Shown: piece by piece, positions 38,009-48,345 of the stretch
Position numbering within the stretch: position 1 is the first letter of the stretch
Layout of the letters: the number at the start of each line of letters is the position of its first letter
Origin: Opitutia bacterium
GTDB taxonomy: Bacteria > Verrucomicrobiota > Verrucomicrobiia > Opitutales > Opitutaceae
NCBI GenBank assembly: GCA_947478395.1
Contig: CANJVR010000001.1
Location: forward strand, 832,001 to 896,000
Length of the DNA: 64,000 nt
Reading direction: 5' to 3'
Position numbers and translations under genes: made by a program
The notes under the pieces: model-generated
Database searches by the model: none
Told to the model about the DNA's origin: nothing
Seen by the model: only the letters and a program-made list of their open reading frames with translations

Positions 38009-40698
38009 GATTTTTCCTTCGTGCGATTTTGAAACGGCAGACTGTTGACGATCTCGATGACCAGCGCCGAAAAGCGGTAGTCGTTTTTTTCCACCCGGTT
38101 CGTGACTTCCTTCAACGTCGGCCGGTCATACGACTCGAGTCCGCGGCCCAGGGCGTAGGTGAGCATTTTATCGGCGAGACACGTGGCGAAATCCCGGCGG
38201 TCCGCTTTCAGAATATCCCGCAACTCAGCCGGCCCGCTGAATGAGCGTCCATCGGGCAACTTCCCGGAAGCGTCGATCGCCAGCTTGCCGTCCTGCGTAC
38301 GCCACGCGCCGATCGCGTTGAAATTTTCCAAACCGACACCGAGCGGATCCATGCGCACGTGGCAGCTCGCGCACACCGGATTCTTGCGGTGCATCGAGAG
38401 CTGGTCGCGCAGCGAGGCCTCGGGGTTATTCTTCATCGTGGCCTCGAGCGCCGGGACGTTGTCCGGCGGGGCCGGCGGCGGCGCGTTGAGGATGTTTTCG
38501 AGAATCCATTTGCCACGCAGCACCGGAGACGTGCGCGTCGCGTAAGAGGAAACGGTCAGCACGCTCGCTTGCGTGATCACACCACCGCGCGGGGTGCCGG
38601 TGAGATCAACCTTGCGAAACTCGGTCCCCTTCACGCCCGGGATACCGTAGAAACCGGCGAGCCGCTCGTTGAGGAAGGAATAGTTCGCATCGATAAATTC
38701 CAAAATGCTCCGGTCGTCGCGTACGATATGATCGAAGAACATTTCCGTTTCCTGCAGCATCGACATCCGCAGATACGCATCGAAGTCGGGAAACTGGTTA
38801 AAGTCCGGCGTCACCGATTCCATCTTTCGAATTTGCAGCCACTGGCCGGCAAAGTTTTGGGCCAGCGCCATCGACTTCGGATCCTGCAGCATCCGCCGAA
38901 CCTGCTTTTCGAGGAGCTCCGGCTTCCCGAGTTGCCGGCCATCGGCGGCGGCCAGCAGCTCGTCATCGGGCATCGAGCTCCAGAGGAAATACGAGAGCCG
39001 CGTTGCCAGCTCATGCTGATTGATCGGAGTTTCCGCGCGACCGGCGGGTGGATCGCGCTCGATCCGATAAAGAAAATCCGGCGAGACGAGCACCGCCTGC
39101 AGCGCCACAACCAGGCCCTCCTCGAAGGAGTCGCCGGCTTTGCGCACCATGTCGTACAGGCCGACATATTTTTGAATTTCCTCGGGCAAGACCGCCCGGC
39201 GGAAAGCGCGGTGCACAAAACGCGTAATGACCTCGTTCGCCGCGCCCGGAGAGGTGCGATTGAAATTCTTAGCCCCAAAGATTTTCGCCACGCTCTCGGC
39301 GCTCGCGCCCTGCGTCTGTTTGTACGGTCCGACGATATCGACGTAATCGATGCCGATCTGCGCATCGATCGGGGCGAGGCCGTTACCCCGGCCACCGCCA
39401 CCGCGTCCTCCCCGTCCGCCGCGTCGGCCCGCGCCGGCAGCATTCGGTTGACCGGCCGCCGCGGGGTCGGCTGCGGCCACGGCGTCACCGGCGAGCGCGG
39501 GGGCCGGAGCAGCAGGCGCGGGCGCGGGCGTGGCCGGAGCCGCCGGGAGCTCAACTACCGCCACCGGAGCGGCCGCGGCCCCAGCCGGAGCTTGCTGCGC
39601 GACGGCGGGCACAGGAACGACGCCGGGGCCTTCCACGGGTTGAGGGGGCGGATTACGTTTAGAGGGATTCAGGCCTTTGTAGATCGGCGGCAGACCTTCA
39701 AACATCCGCAGCACCGTAGCCGCGACCCAGTGATCGCCCGCGGGAACAAACATCCGGTATTCCTGCGGCTTGCCGAACAAATCCTGGCGGCCGCCAAGCA
39801 AAGAAGGGCCGTCTTCCTTGGGATCGACCTGAAGCTCGGTCACGAGTTTGCCGTCGAGCCACAAGCCCAGCTCCAGCGGATTGGAGCCAAGCGGACGAAA
39901 GCCGCGCGACGTAACGCGGAAAAGATATTCGCCATCGACCGGGAAACGATGAACCGCATGCAACGAGCGATCGTTGTTGAGGCCAGTCACATCATAATCC
40001 TTGGGGATCTCGGTGCGGTTGAGAACATCGCGCTCGACCTGTTCGAGTTTCTTCGTCGCCGGATGCAAAACCTCCGGGCCATAAATCGCGGTGCGCGCGG
40101 CCCGCTCGGCCGCGATCATGTATTTCTCCATCAGCACGGGCGACATCGTGAGCGAGTCCGCGATGTTATCGAAGCCGTGCGACGCGTCATCCTGCGGAAA
40201 ATCGTCGGCCGGCCACAGCTTGATGCCGAGCAAATCCTGAATGGTGTTGTTATACTCAACGCGGTTCAGCCGGCGGGCCGTCACGCGCCCGGCGAGCGGT
40301 TGAATGGCGTCGTCCGCGCGGACGAACTCACCGCGAATCCACGCGACGGCCGCGCGACGCTCCTCGGTCGTCGGCATGGGGACTCCTCCTGGCGGAATGG
40401 ATTTTGCCGGCAGATCGGTCGGGGGCATTTCCCCGGTCTCGATCATCTCCATGAAATGTTTCCAGTCCTCCCGGTGTTCGCTGAGCGAGGCCAGGCTGCT
40501 GTACGACGCGAGATTTACATCCCCCAATTGCCGGTCGGGGCCGTGACAGACGTAGCAGTTTTTGCTCAGGAAAGGTTTGAGCTGGTTGTTGAAGGCCGCC
40601 TCGGCCGCAGCGTTGGCCTGCGCGGGCATGGCGGGGACAAACACAACACTGAAAACCGCAGCGGCAATCGCCGCGAGCCTGGGGTCTAGGCTATGCAT
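38005..40698 (-). CDS. DUF1587/1595/1592/1588/1585 multi-domain diheme protein (pair 1)
   Basis: N-terminal CYVCH, RRLNRVEYNNT, LATRLSYFLWSSMPD, TSPVLRGKW, C-terminal CASCH, TYALGR. Confidence 0.92.
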   Translation of the reverse strand: MHSLDPRLAAIAAAVFSVVFVPAMPAQANAAAEAAFNNQLKPFLSKNCYVCHGPDRQLGDVNLASYSSLASLSEHREDWKHFMEMIETGEMPPTDLPAKSIPPGGVPMPTTEERRAAVAWIRGEFVRADDAIQPLAGRVTARRLNRVEYNNTIQDLLGIKLWPADDFPQDDASHGFDNIADSLTMSPVLMEKYMIAAERAARTAIYGPEVLHPATKKLEQVERDVLNRTEIPKDYDVTGLNNDRSLHAVHRFPVDGEYLFRVTSRGFRPLGSNPLELGLWLDGKLVTELQVDPKEDGPSLLGGRQDLFGKPQEYRMFVPAGDHWVAATVLRMFEGLPPIYKGLNPSKRNPPPQPVEGPGVVPVPAVAQQAPAGAAAAPVAVVELPAAPATPAPAPAAPAPALAGDAVAAADPAAAGQPNAAGAGRRGGRGGRGGGGRGNGLAPIDAQIGIDYVDIVGPYKQTQGASAESVAKIFGAKNFNRTSPGAANEVITRFVHRAFRRAVLPEEIQKYVGLYDMVRKAGDSFEEGLVVALQAVLVSPDFLYRIERDPPAGRAETPINQHELATRLSYFLWSSMPDDELLAAADGRQLGKPELLEKQVRRMLQDPKSMALAQNFAGQWLQIRKMESVTPDFNQFPDFDAYLRMSMLQETEMFFDHIVRDDRSILEFIDANYSFLNERLAGFYGIPGVKGTEFRKVDLTGTPRGGVITQASVLTVSSYATRTSPVLRGKWILENILNAPPPAPPDNVPALEATMKNNPEASLRDQLSMHRKNPVCASCHVRMDPLGVGLENFNAIGAWRTQDGKLAIDASGKLPDGRSFSGPAELRDILKADRRDFATCLADKMLTYALGRGLESYDRPTLKEVTNRVEKNDYRFSALVIEIVNSLPFQNRTKEKS

Positions 40699-40886
40699 AT
40701 AAGAGTAAGAGAATCGATTTCGAGCGGGGCGGCGAACGAGAACCTAACCTATTTTTCCGACCGTCCGGGATTCAAGGATCAAGACGGACGGACCGTAAGA
40801 ACGGCGGGCGTCGGCCTGAGTGGGTTTCGGGCGTGAGACGCAGCCAAGACGACGCGTCGGGCTTGTTCACGCTCCGCAATCGGTGC

Positions 40887-42389
40887 CTACGGGGACGCCT
40901 CGGCCGGACGCAACTGCAGGACTTCGTCCGTCCGCCCGGAATGCAGAAGGTGCTCCGCCGCCGCGGAAGGTTGCCCGAGATCAAGGTCGAACCCGGGGAG
41001 CATTGCTTTCATTCGGGCATATCCTTCGGGCTCACGAAGTTTTTGCGGAAAACAGGTCTGAATAATCTGCAGCGCGATATGGGCCGAGACCGACGCGCCG
41101 GGCGACGCGCCGAGCAACGCCGCCAGCGTGCCATCAGGTGCGCTCACCACTTCGGTGCCGAAATACAGTCGGCCGGCGTCGGCTGACTTCAGCGCCTGCA
41201 CGCGAATGCCGGCCTCGACGAGACGCCAGTCCGCCGCGCGCGCCTCGGGGTAAAATTCCCGGAGGGCACGCACGCGGGAATCCATGCCTTGCAACGCCTG
41301 TTGCACGAGGAAGCGCACCAGCACGCGGTTGCGTGCGCCCGTGCGAATCAGCGTGGCAAGATTGTCGGGGCGAAACGACAAAGGCAGATCGGTGAAGTGC
41401 CCGGTGCCGTGGAGGAATTTTGTCGTCCAGGTGGCGAAGGGGCCGAAGAGCAGGACGCGTTTCCCGTGGAGGTGGCGAACGTCGAGGTGCGGCCCACCGA
41501 GCGCTCCGGAATCGCGCGGCGGCGGACCGTAGGCTTTCGCGAAGTGACGCGCCACGACGTCCGGATTTTCGCAGACGAGCCACTGCCCTGCGATTGGAAA
41601 GGCCGCGAGCCCGCGGGCGACCGATAGTCCCGTGGATTGCAGCAACGGAATCGTGCCGCCACCACCGCCAATGAAAACGAAACGCGCGCGGACCGGCCGC
41701 GAATCGCCCGACTCGGTGTGACGCACCGTGAGTTCCCACCCTTCGCCCGCGCGGTGCAGGCGGGTGACGCGGTGACCGGTGAAAACGCTACAGTCGTCCT
41801 GCGCGCCGAGCCACCCGATCAGCTGGCGCGACAGTTCACCGAAGTTCACGTCGGTGCCGGCGTCGACCTTTGTGGCCGCGATGGGTTCGGCGTCGCGACC
41901 TTCAACGAGCAGCGGAGCCCAGCGACGAAGCACGTCACGCTCCGCGGTGAACTCCATCGAGCGAAAAAACGGATGCGCGGCCAGAGCCGCCTGGCGCGCA
42001 CGCAGAAAAGCGATGCGGTCGCCCCCACGGACAAAGCTCAAATGCGGAACCGCGCGGATCCAATCGGCGGGACGCGCGACGAGTCCATGCGCCACTGCGT
42101 AGCTCCAAAACTGGCGCGACTGCTCGAAGCGGGCGAAGATATCGACGGCTTTGGTGACATCGACCGGCGCCCCGGCGACGGCGGGCGGCGGCGTGTAGTT
42201 GAGTTCGCAGAGGCCCGCGTGGCCGGTGCCCGCGTTGTTCCAGCCATCGGAGCTTTCGCGAGCGAGATCGGGCGCCGCTTCATAGACGTGGATCGCCAGA
42301 CGGGGATCGAGCCGCTTGAGCATCGCACCGAGATGCGCGGACATAACCCCGCCGCCGATGAGAACGACGTCGGGAGCGGGAGAAGCCAT
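40887..42389 (-). CDS. mqo: Malate:quinone oxidoreductase
   Basis: DVVLIGGGVMSA, ESSDGWNNAGTGHAGLCELNYT, GTDVNFG, PHLD, AGIRVQ, LLGASPGAS. Confidence 0.95.
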   Translation of the reverse strand: MASPAPDVVLIGGGVMSAHLGAMLKRLDPRLAIHVYEAAPDLARESSDGWNNAGTGHAGLCELNYTPPPAVAGAPVDVTKAVDIFARFEQSRQFWSYAVAHGLVARPADWIRAVPHLSFVRGGDRIAFLRARQAALAAHPFFRSMEFTAERDVLRRWAPLLVEGRDAEPIAATKVDAGTDVNFGELSRQLIGWLGAQDDCSVFTGHRVTRLHRAGEGWELTVRHTESGDSRPVRARFVFIGGGGGTIPLLQSTGLSVARGLAAFPIAGQWLVCENPDVVARHFAKAYGPPPRDSGALGGPHLDVRHLHGKRVLLFGPFATWTTKFLHGTGHFTDLPLSFRPDNLATLIRTGARNRVLVRFLVQQALQGMDSRVRALREFYPEARAADWRLVEAGIRVQALKSADAGRLYFGTEVVSAPDGTLAALLGASPGASVSAHIALQIIQTCFPQKLREPEGYARMKAMLPGFDLDLGQPSAAAEHLLHSGRTDEVLQLRPAEASP

Positions 42390-42666
42390 AGCGAGCGCGG
42401 AAGCGATGCCCGCAGCGCGCAGGCGATCAAGACCCGATTTAGGGCGGAGATTCGAAAGCGCGACGAACGCGAAAGGGTGACAACGACCACCGCCTACACC
42501 TGCCCCGGCAGGGAGTGGCGGGGCGCCACTGCAATCCGGGCCGGACCATCCGGATTGCAGCCGCTCGCGCGCGGCCGGAAAAGCATACCCCCTCCACCGT
42601 CGACTGATCTGTTGGGCCGTCTGCCGCGCTGGCGGCGCCGGCAATTTTCACCCCGCTGTTACTCCC

Positions 42667-45126
42667 ATGAAAAAAATATTCGTCCCCGCGTTTCTCGCCA
42701 CCCTGCCGATCGTTCTGAGCGCGGCGCAACCGTGGCAGGAGATCGCCATGCCGACGGTGGCTGAAGCCGCCGCCGCGTTTCCCACCCCGCCGAAGGAGTA
42801 CGGCGCCATCCACTGGGCCACCGGATTTCCGCAGGCCAAGGAGCGGATCGTGGCGGACATCGAGAACACCGCGGCCAACGGCGGCACCGTTTACATGATT
42901 AACGCCGGTGGTCGCACCGTTAAATTTCTCTCTCCCGAGTATTTCGATTCGCTGAAGGTCGCAATCGACGAACTGAAAAAGCGCGGAATGAAAATGTGGA
43001 TCGATGGCGACCACGGTTATCCCGACGGCTTCGCGGGCGGCCTCGTCAGCAAACTCCATCCCGAGCTCGGCATGCAGGCCATCGTGGCGGATGCGCACTA
43101 CTCCGTTGCCGGCGGCCAGACACTCACCCTCTCCGTCCCGGCCGATACGCTCGGTATCGTCGCGAATATTCAACCGCCGCAAGTTCCACCCGTGCCTCGC
43201 GCCGCAGCGGCCGCACCCGCGCCCGGCCTTGCGCCCAATGGCCAGCGCCGGCCCGGCCAGCCGATGTTCGCCATGATTCCCGCCGATCACGAGTTGCCGC
43301 TGCCGACCGACGGACAATTCACCTGGATCGGCGCCGCCGGCGGAAACTGGGAGGTCTATTTTGAAGGCAGTATCGGCAACGCGCGCTATAGCGTGACCTC
43401 CGGCCAGACGCTGAAGATTCCCCTGCCCGCTGAAACCAAGCACATCCAAGCCCGCCTCCGCGTCGGCGGCGGCGCGGGCGGCGGCGGACGCCGCGGCGGG
43501 GCCAGTGCACCGACGCCGGCGACCACCGTGATTCCGGTGCCAAGCGATGGAAAATTCACATGGACCGCGCCGGCCGGCAGCGAGACATGGGAGATTTCTT
43601 TCGTCCGCCACATCTATCGCAGCTCACCGACCCGCTTCGGCCAGCGCGAAGACGGCACCCGCGACAAGGACAGCCTCTACTCGATCATCGACTACCTGGA
43701 TCCCAAGGCCACGGCGCTGTACCTCCAACTCGTGATGGAAGAATACAGGAAAAATGCCGGCGCGGAATTCGGCAAAACCATCCTCGGTTTCCGCGGGGAC
43801 GAGACCGATTTTACGGGCTTCATTCCATGGACGCCCAAGCTGCTGACGACCTTTCAGCAGCAGAAAGGGTACGACCTTCAGCCCTACATTGCGCACTTCT
43901 TCGGCCCAGCCCTGTCGCCTGAGGCGGCGCGCGCCAAGGCCGACTACTTCGATGTGTGGAGCGGCATGTTTCGCGACAATTTCTACAAGCCGATGCAAGA
44001 CTGGTGCCGCGCGCACGGCATGGACTACATGATGCACCTCAACCACGAGGAACTCATGGTGAACCGCAGCGGTGGCGCAGACATGACGAAGAACGAAGGG
44101 TCCTTCTTCCGCGGCATGCGCTACATGGGCGTCCCCGGCGTCGATAATCTCAACCAGATCGGGCCCGGTATCGTGGCGGATTTCCCCAAACTCGCGGCGT
44201 CGGCGGCGCACCTCTTCGGTCATCCGCAGGCTTGGACCGAGTCCGGCGGCACCGTGGCCGCCGGCGGCAAGTTCGTCGTCGATTACCAATTCGTGCGCGG
44301 CATTAATTTCGTGAACTACCGCGGACTTAACGTCGCCGCTCCGCCGACCACCGCGAACGAGCCGACCGCGGCCACCGGTTGGTACGTAACGCGCGCGAGT
44401 TACCTGCTGGCCATGGGCCGGCCAGCCGCGCAGGTCGCGCTCTATCATCCGTCAGACAGCTTTTGGTTGAACGACGCCGATGCGGACGACGCCACCGTGA
44501 AGCTGGCCACGCAGTTGATGGAGCACCAAATCGATTTCGATCACATCGATCACGACTCGCTCGCCTCGGTGTGCGCGCTCGAAGGCGGCACCTTCAAAAA
44601 TCTAAGCGGCCAGGTTTATCGCGCCGTGATCATTCCGAGTTCGACCGTGATTCAGAAAAATGTCCTCGATCGCCTGCGCACGTTTGCCGCGGCGGGCGGC
44701 AAGGTTATATTCGTCGGTCGCACGCCCACGATGGTGGTCGATCGCACGTTCCTCAACGCCGGCGGCGCGCCCGATCTTCGTTTCGCCACGCTCGAAGCGA
44801 CCCCCGACATCACGCCGCGAGTCGTGGCCGCGCTGCCCAAACCCGACGTGAAACTCGACGCCGCGTGCGCGCCGCTGAAATACATTCACCGCAGCCTGAA
44901 AGACGGAGACGTTTATTTCTTCTTCAACGAGTCGAAGGAAACGCAAACGCGCACCGCCACCGTGGACGGCAAAGGTGCCGTCCAAATCTGGGACGCGGCC
45001 AGCGGCAAGATAGTGCGCGCGCCTAGCACGACCGCCGCCAACGGCAGTGTTGCGCTGCCGCTGACGCTCGGCCCGCAAGAGTCGCGCTTCATCGTCATCG
45101 GCCCGCTGCCCGGGCCAACGAGCTGA
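42667..45126 (+). CDS. Secreted glycoside hydrolase, GH106 (alpha-L-rhamnosidase)-like
   Basis: FLSPEYF, MKMWIDGDHGYPDGFAGG, DYLDP, GFRGDE, PGVD, PKLAASAAH, YFFFN. Confidence 0.78.
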   Translation: MKKIFVPAFLATLPIVLSAAQPWQEIAMPTVAEAAAAFPTPPKEYGAIHWATGFPQAKERIVADIENTAANGGTVYMINAGGRTVKFLSPEYFDSLKVAIDELKKRGMKMWIDGDHGYPDGFAGGLVSKLHPELGMQAIVADAHYSVAGGQTLTLSVPADTLGIVANIQPPQVPPVPRAAAAAPAPGLAPNGQRRPGQPMFAMIPADHELPLPTDGQFTWIGAAGGNWEVYFEGSIGNARYSVTSGQTLKIPLPAETKHIQARLRVGGGAGGGGRRGGASAPTPATTVIPVPSDGKFTWTAPAGSETWEISFVRHIYRSSPTRFGQREDGTRDKDSLYSIIDYLDPKATALYLQLVMEEYRKNAGAEFGKTILGFRGDETDFTGFIPWTPKLLTTFQQQKGYDLQPYIAHFFGPALSPEAARAKADYFDVWSGMFRDNFYKPMQDWCRAHGMDYMMHLNHEELMVNRSGGADMTKNEGSFFRGMRYMGVPGVDNLNQIGPGIVADFPKLAASAAHLFGHPQAWTESGGTVAAGGKFVVDYQFVRGINFVNYRGLNVAAPPTTANEPTAATGWYVTRASYLLAMGRPAAQVALYHPSDSFWLNDADADDATVKLATQLMEHQIDFDHIDHDSLASVCALEGGTFKNLSGQVYRAVIIPSSTVIQKNVLDRLRTFAAAGGKVIFVGRTPTMVVDRTFLNAGGAPDLRFATLEATPDITPRVVAALPKPDVKLDAACAPLKYIHRSLKDGDVYFFFNESKETQTRTATVDGKGAVQIWDAASGKIVRAPSTTAANGSVALPLTLGPQESRFIVIGPLPGPTS

Positions 45127-45186
45127 GCCGCTCGATCCGTTCAGGCTTTTTGGGCCGCCAAGAAGCGCGAAAATTCCGGAGCCCTC

Positions 45187-45954
45187 TCAGTTTTTATTCG
45201 GCTCCTTCGGAAAAGTAGCGACCAGGTATTCGACGAGCGATTCGACCTGTGAATCGTCCAGCGGGCCGCCGCGCTTTTTTGCGAAGCCCGGCATCAGGGT
45301 GCCCTCGCGGCCCTCTTCCACCCAGCGCGTCCACCACGCGGCGTCGCGTTGCTCTTTCGCCACGTTGAGATCGGGCACCATGGAAGCCTGGTGCTTCGCT
45401 TGGTGGCAGACGCCGCACACGGCCTCGAACAAGTCGGGGCCGAAACGACTCTCCGCTGGCACCGCGTGACACACCGCGCACTCACCCTGAAAAACCGCCT
45501 GACGATTCGCCGCGGCGAGTACTTGGTTCTGCGCGCGCATCGCCGGATCCATCAGCGGCACTTGAATCACCATCATGAGCGTTTGGTAGCCTTCGACCGT
45601 ACTGATGAGTAAATCCTTCGCGATCTCGCCTTCCTTGCCGCGGAAATCGACGATCCCCGTTACCGTGCCTTTCTCCCCGGGCGCGAGCGTCCACGGCATG
45701 CGCGGCGCCTCCCAGGTGGTGCAGCCACACGAAGCGCGGATCTGCCAAATTTTCACCGGGTACTTCGACGTGTTCGTCACGTGAAATTCGAAACGCGCCA
45801 TCCCGTCCTCGAATTTCGGCGACGCCGATTTTTTCATCGCATCCCAAACGAGCGGATGCGCCGGCGCCGGCTCCACCGCCTGACGCGCGCAGCCCGCCGC
45901 CACGCACACCGCCGCCAGCCAGATTGCCCGCCACGCGGTTTGAATGAAATTCAT
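45187..45954 (-). CDS. Lipoprotein: DUF1573 Ig-like domain plus diheme cytochrome c
   Basis: Lipobox AAGC; ASCGCT...LAPGE (DUF1573); CAVCH and CGVCH; LMPGF. Confidence 0.8.
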   Translation of the reverse strand: MNFIQTAWRAIWLAAVCVAAGCARQAVEPAPAHPLVWDAMKKSASPKFEDGMARFEFHVTNTSKYPVKIWQIRASCGCTTWEAPRMPWTLAPGEKGTVTGIVDFRGKEGEIAKDLLISTVEGYQTLMMVIQVPLMDPAMRAQNQVLAAANRQAVFQGECAVCHAVPAESRFGPDLFEAVCGVCHQAKHQASMVPDLNVAKEQRDAAWWTRWVEEGREGTLMPGFAKKRGGPLDDSQVESLVEYLVATFPKEPNKN

Positions 45955-46457
45955 GGGCGGTAGAAGACGCCAAATTCAGACCCTGTGCAAACCACGGCAT
46001 CCCCCGCCGCGGGAGTAAGACTGCGCGCCGCGGTGATAGACGAAACATTCGGCCGAGCGAGGATCGCCCAAAAAGCCGCCGCCCCATCCATCACACCGGT
46101 TTTCGGTTTAGGTTCTTTCCGCGCATCCAACGCGGCGTAGTCGTAACCTGCGCCAGTGTTCCCTTCGCGGCTTTGCGTCGGGCCATCGGCAAGAATAAAT
46201 TCGACGGCCTTTTTTTCCCGAGCCACCTCGTCCGGTCCACCTCCGTTTTTCTCCATTTCCTGAAGGGACCACAACTTTACCGGACTCGCTTCCAGCTTTG
46301 CTGTTACCGTCGTCCGCTCGACCCCCGGGCGACAGCGCAGGTTTTTCTCAACGTAGGCGTTCAAAGGGCCGAGCCGCTTTTCCCGTTGGGCGGGGGCCTG
46401 AGTTTTTTTTGCCTCAACGCCTTTTATGAAGATTCCCATTTTGCGGTTTGTGCCCAT
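45951..46457 (-). pseudogene. Degenerate DUF4256-family gene
   Basis: KLEASPVKLWSLQEMEKNGGGPD and YD..ALDARKEPKP are recognisable, but neighbouring motifs are eroded and the C-terminal part appears deleted. Confidence 0.6.
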
Positions 46458-46631
46458 TTCGCTGCAGCGGATGTGAGCAAGGAGTCCGCCTGGGTCAACC
46501 GATGGCGATCGCGCATTGACTTAAATTTTGGCCCCGTGACTCGCGGGCCACGGTCTCGACCAAAAGTCCGGCGGCGTCTCTTTGTCGAAGGGGGTGTTGC
46601 GTGCGTTGCGAAACCCTTCTCCCCTTCCGAC

Positions 46632-47624
46632 ATGCGCCCCGCTTGTCACACGATTCCGGCGGCGTGGGCCGCAGCGCGGACGGGAAGCTTCCTCGGCCTA
46701 TTTTTGTTTTGGCATGGGGCCTTACTCTTAAGTTTAGCCGGCACAGCTACGGCAGCGCCGCTGGTTTTTGCGCGTTCCACGGTGAGCAAGGAATATGAAG
46801 AAAGTCGGTTGGAGCGGGGACTAAAACCGGAGACCTATGTTTTCTATCAAGGAAATTATTTCGAAGGCCAGGTGGTGGACCGGACCTTAGAACGGATGAA
46901 ATTTGTCGAGATCGCGCGGACACTGGCGCCCTATCTGCGCGAGCAGCGCTATCTTCCCGCCCCGAAAATGAACGAGGCCGACCTTATTCTCGTGGTGCAT
47001 TGGGGCGTAACGATGGGCCGAAATCCCTCGGACGCGCTGGCTTCAATCAATCTGGATAATCAAACCAAGATGGTCGGCGCGAACACCGACTACGATACCG
47101 CCCACGAAGCGGCGACCTCCGGGGGCGCCGACTTGGCCAGCATGACGAAGCTGATGGAGGCCGAGCGACGGGTCCAGGATTTGAATCAGCAGCGAACCGC
47201 CGAGGCGGACTTCGCGAATCTTTCGAACGACCTTTCGTCGACGTCGAACGCCGCGTTGATGGGATTTTCTGATGTCCTACGCGAAGAAAGTCAGTCGCTG
47301 CTGGGGTCGACCACGATGGCCACAATCAATGCCATGCTCGATGAAGACCGGTATTTCATCATCGTGCTGGCGTATGACCGTCGCGCCCTGATCGAGGACA
47401 AAGCGATCAGGCGGGTGTGGAGCGCGCGGATCAGCCTGCGTTCGGCCGGGGTGAATTTCCGCGAGGCGTTAAGTTATCTCGGCGGCGTTGGCGGCGAACT
47501 CTTCGGGACCAAGAGCGAGAAGATGCTCATCCGGAAAGCCCGTCCGAAGGGCGAAGCTACCAAAGCGGGAGATGTTTCAATCGGCGAATTGAAGGTGATA
47601 GAAACCGCCGCACCGCCACGGTGA
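46632..47624 (+). CDS. Hypothetical exported protein
   Basis: Long ORF with signal-like segment ending ATA; DLILVVHWG.T and DRYFIIVLAYD blocks; start uncertain. Confidence 0.65.
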   Translation: MRPACHTIPAAWAAARTGSFLGLFLFWHGALLLSLAGTATAAPLVFARSTVSKEYEESRLERGLKPETYVFYQGNYFEGQVVDRTLERMKFVEIARTLAPYLREQRYLPAPKMNEADLILVVHWGVTMGRNPSDALASINLDNQTKMVGANTDYDTAHEAATSGGADLASMTKLMEAERRVQDLNQQRTAEADFANLSNDLSSTSNAALMGFSDVLREESQSLLGSTTMATINAMLDEDRYFIIVLAYDRRALIEDKAIRRVWSARISLRSAGVNFREALSYLGGVGGELFGTKSEKMLIRKARPKGEATKAGDVSIGELKVIETAAPPR

Positions 47625-47772
47625 AAAACGTTCTGCGGCGGCGGACTTAGTGCGCTAATTTACCGGTAAAACGAGCCGCTGAGCGCGTCTTCCCTACCGC
47701 GATCATCGTCGGGTTTTCGAAGCGCAATGCACCGCCGTTGGCGCGAGCGGTTTTTAGCCAAAGGACAGCCGC

Positions 47773-48065
47773 TGGCGACGTGGTGAAGAGAACGACGTGA
47801 GCGCCAAACGCCTTCGCGAATTTCACCCCCATGTGACCGAGACCGCCCGCCCGACGATGCCGACTTTATGACCCGGACCAACTTTCCAGTGACGCAGCGG
47901 GGAATACGTGGTGATACCCGCGCAGAGCAGCGGTGCGGCCGCGGCAAGATCGAGATTAGCCGGCATGCGGAGCACGAAGTCCTCCGTCACGACAATGCCC
48001 TGAGAATAACCGCCGAGCGTCGGCGTACCGAGATGCTTTTCCGTGGCGCCGTAAGTTCCGACCAT
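47773..48065 (-). pseudogene. Fragment of Zn-dependent NADP alcohol dehydrogenase (YahK/AdhC-like)
   Basis: TLGGYS...[14 protein letters not shown]...VGIVG, a 1-nt deletion near 47849, then [18 protein letters not shown]; both termini are missing. Confidence 0.88.
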
Positions 48066-48345
48066 GGAACGCCGTAAAACCTTTCGCCTTCCGGACGGCG
48101 TGATTCGCGGATCCCCATGGAAAAATGACGCGCCCCGGATCGCATGGGTCGTCTCTCCGTCCGACACGTGGTAATTTTCACGCTTTCAATCCGCGCCCTT
48201 TCGCGCTTTTCGCGGGCAAACGAATTGTCCGGATTTTAAGGGCGGATGAGTTTCGGCTTTCGGCTCGTCTCCTCCAACCTCGCCAGTGTTGCATCGGGCA
48301 TTCGGTCGAACGCCCACCGGTCGTGACCCGTTAAACCCCTACCCC

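Noticed and set aside
38359..40689. Long plus-strand ORF of 776 aa, and similar long antisense ORFs at 6603, 33837, 50303 and 53470
   Set aside because: High-GC antisense shadows of well-supported genes, with no motifs of their own.
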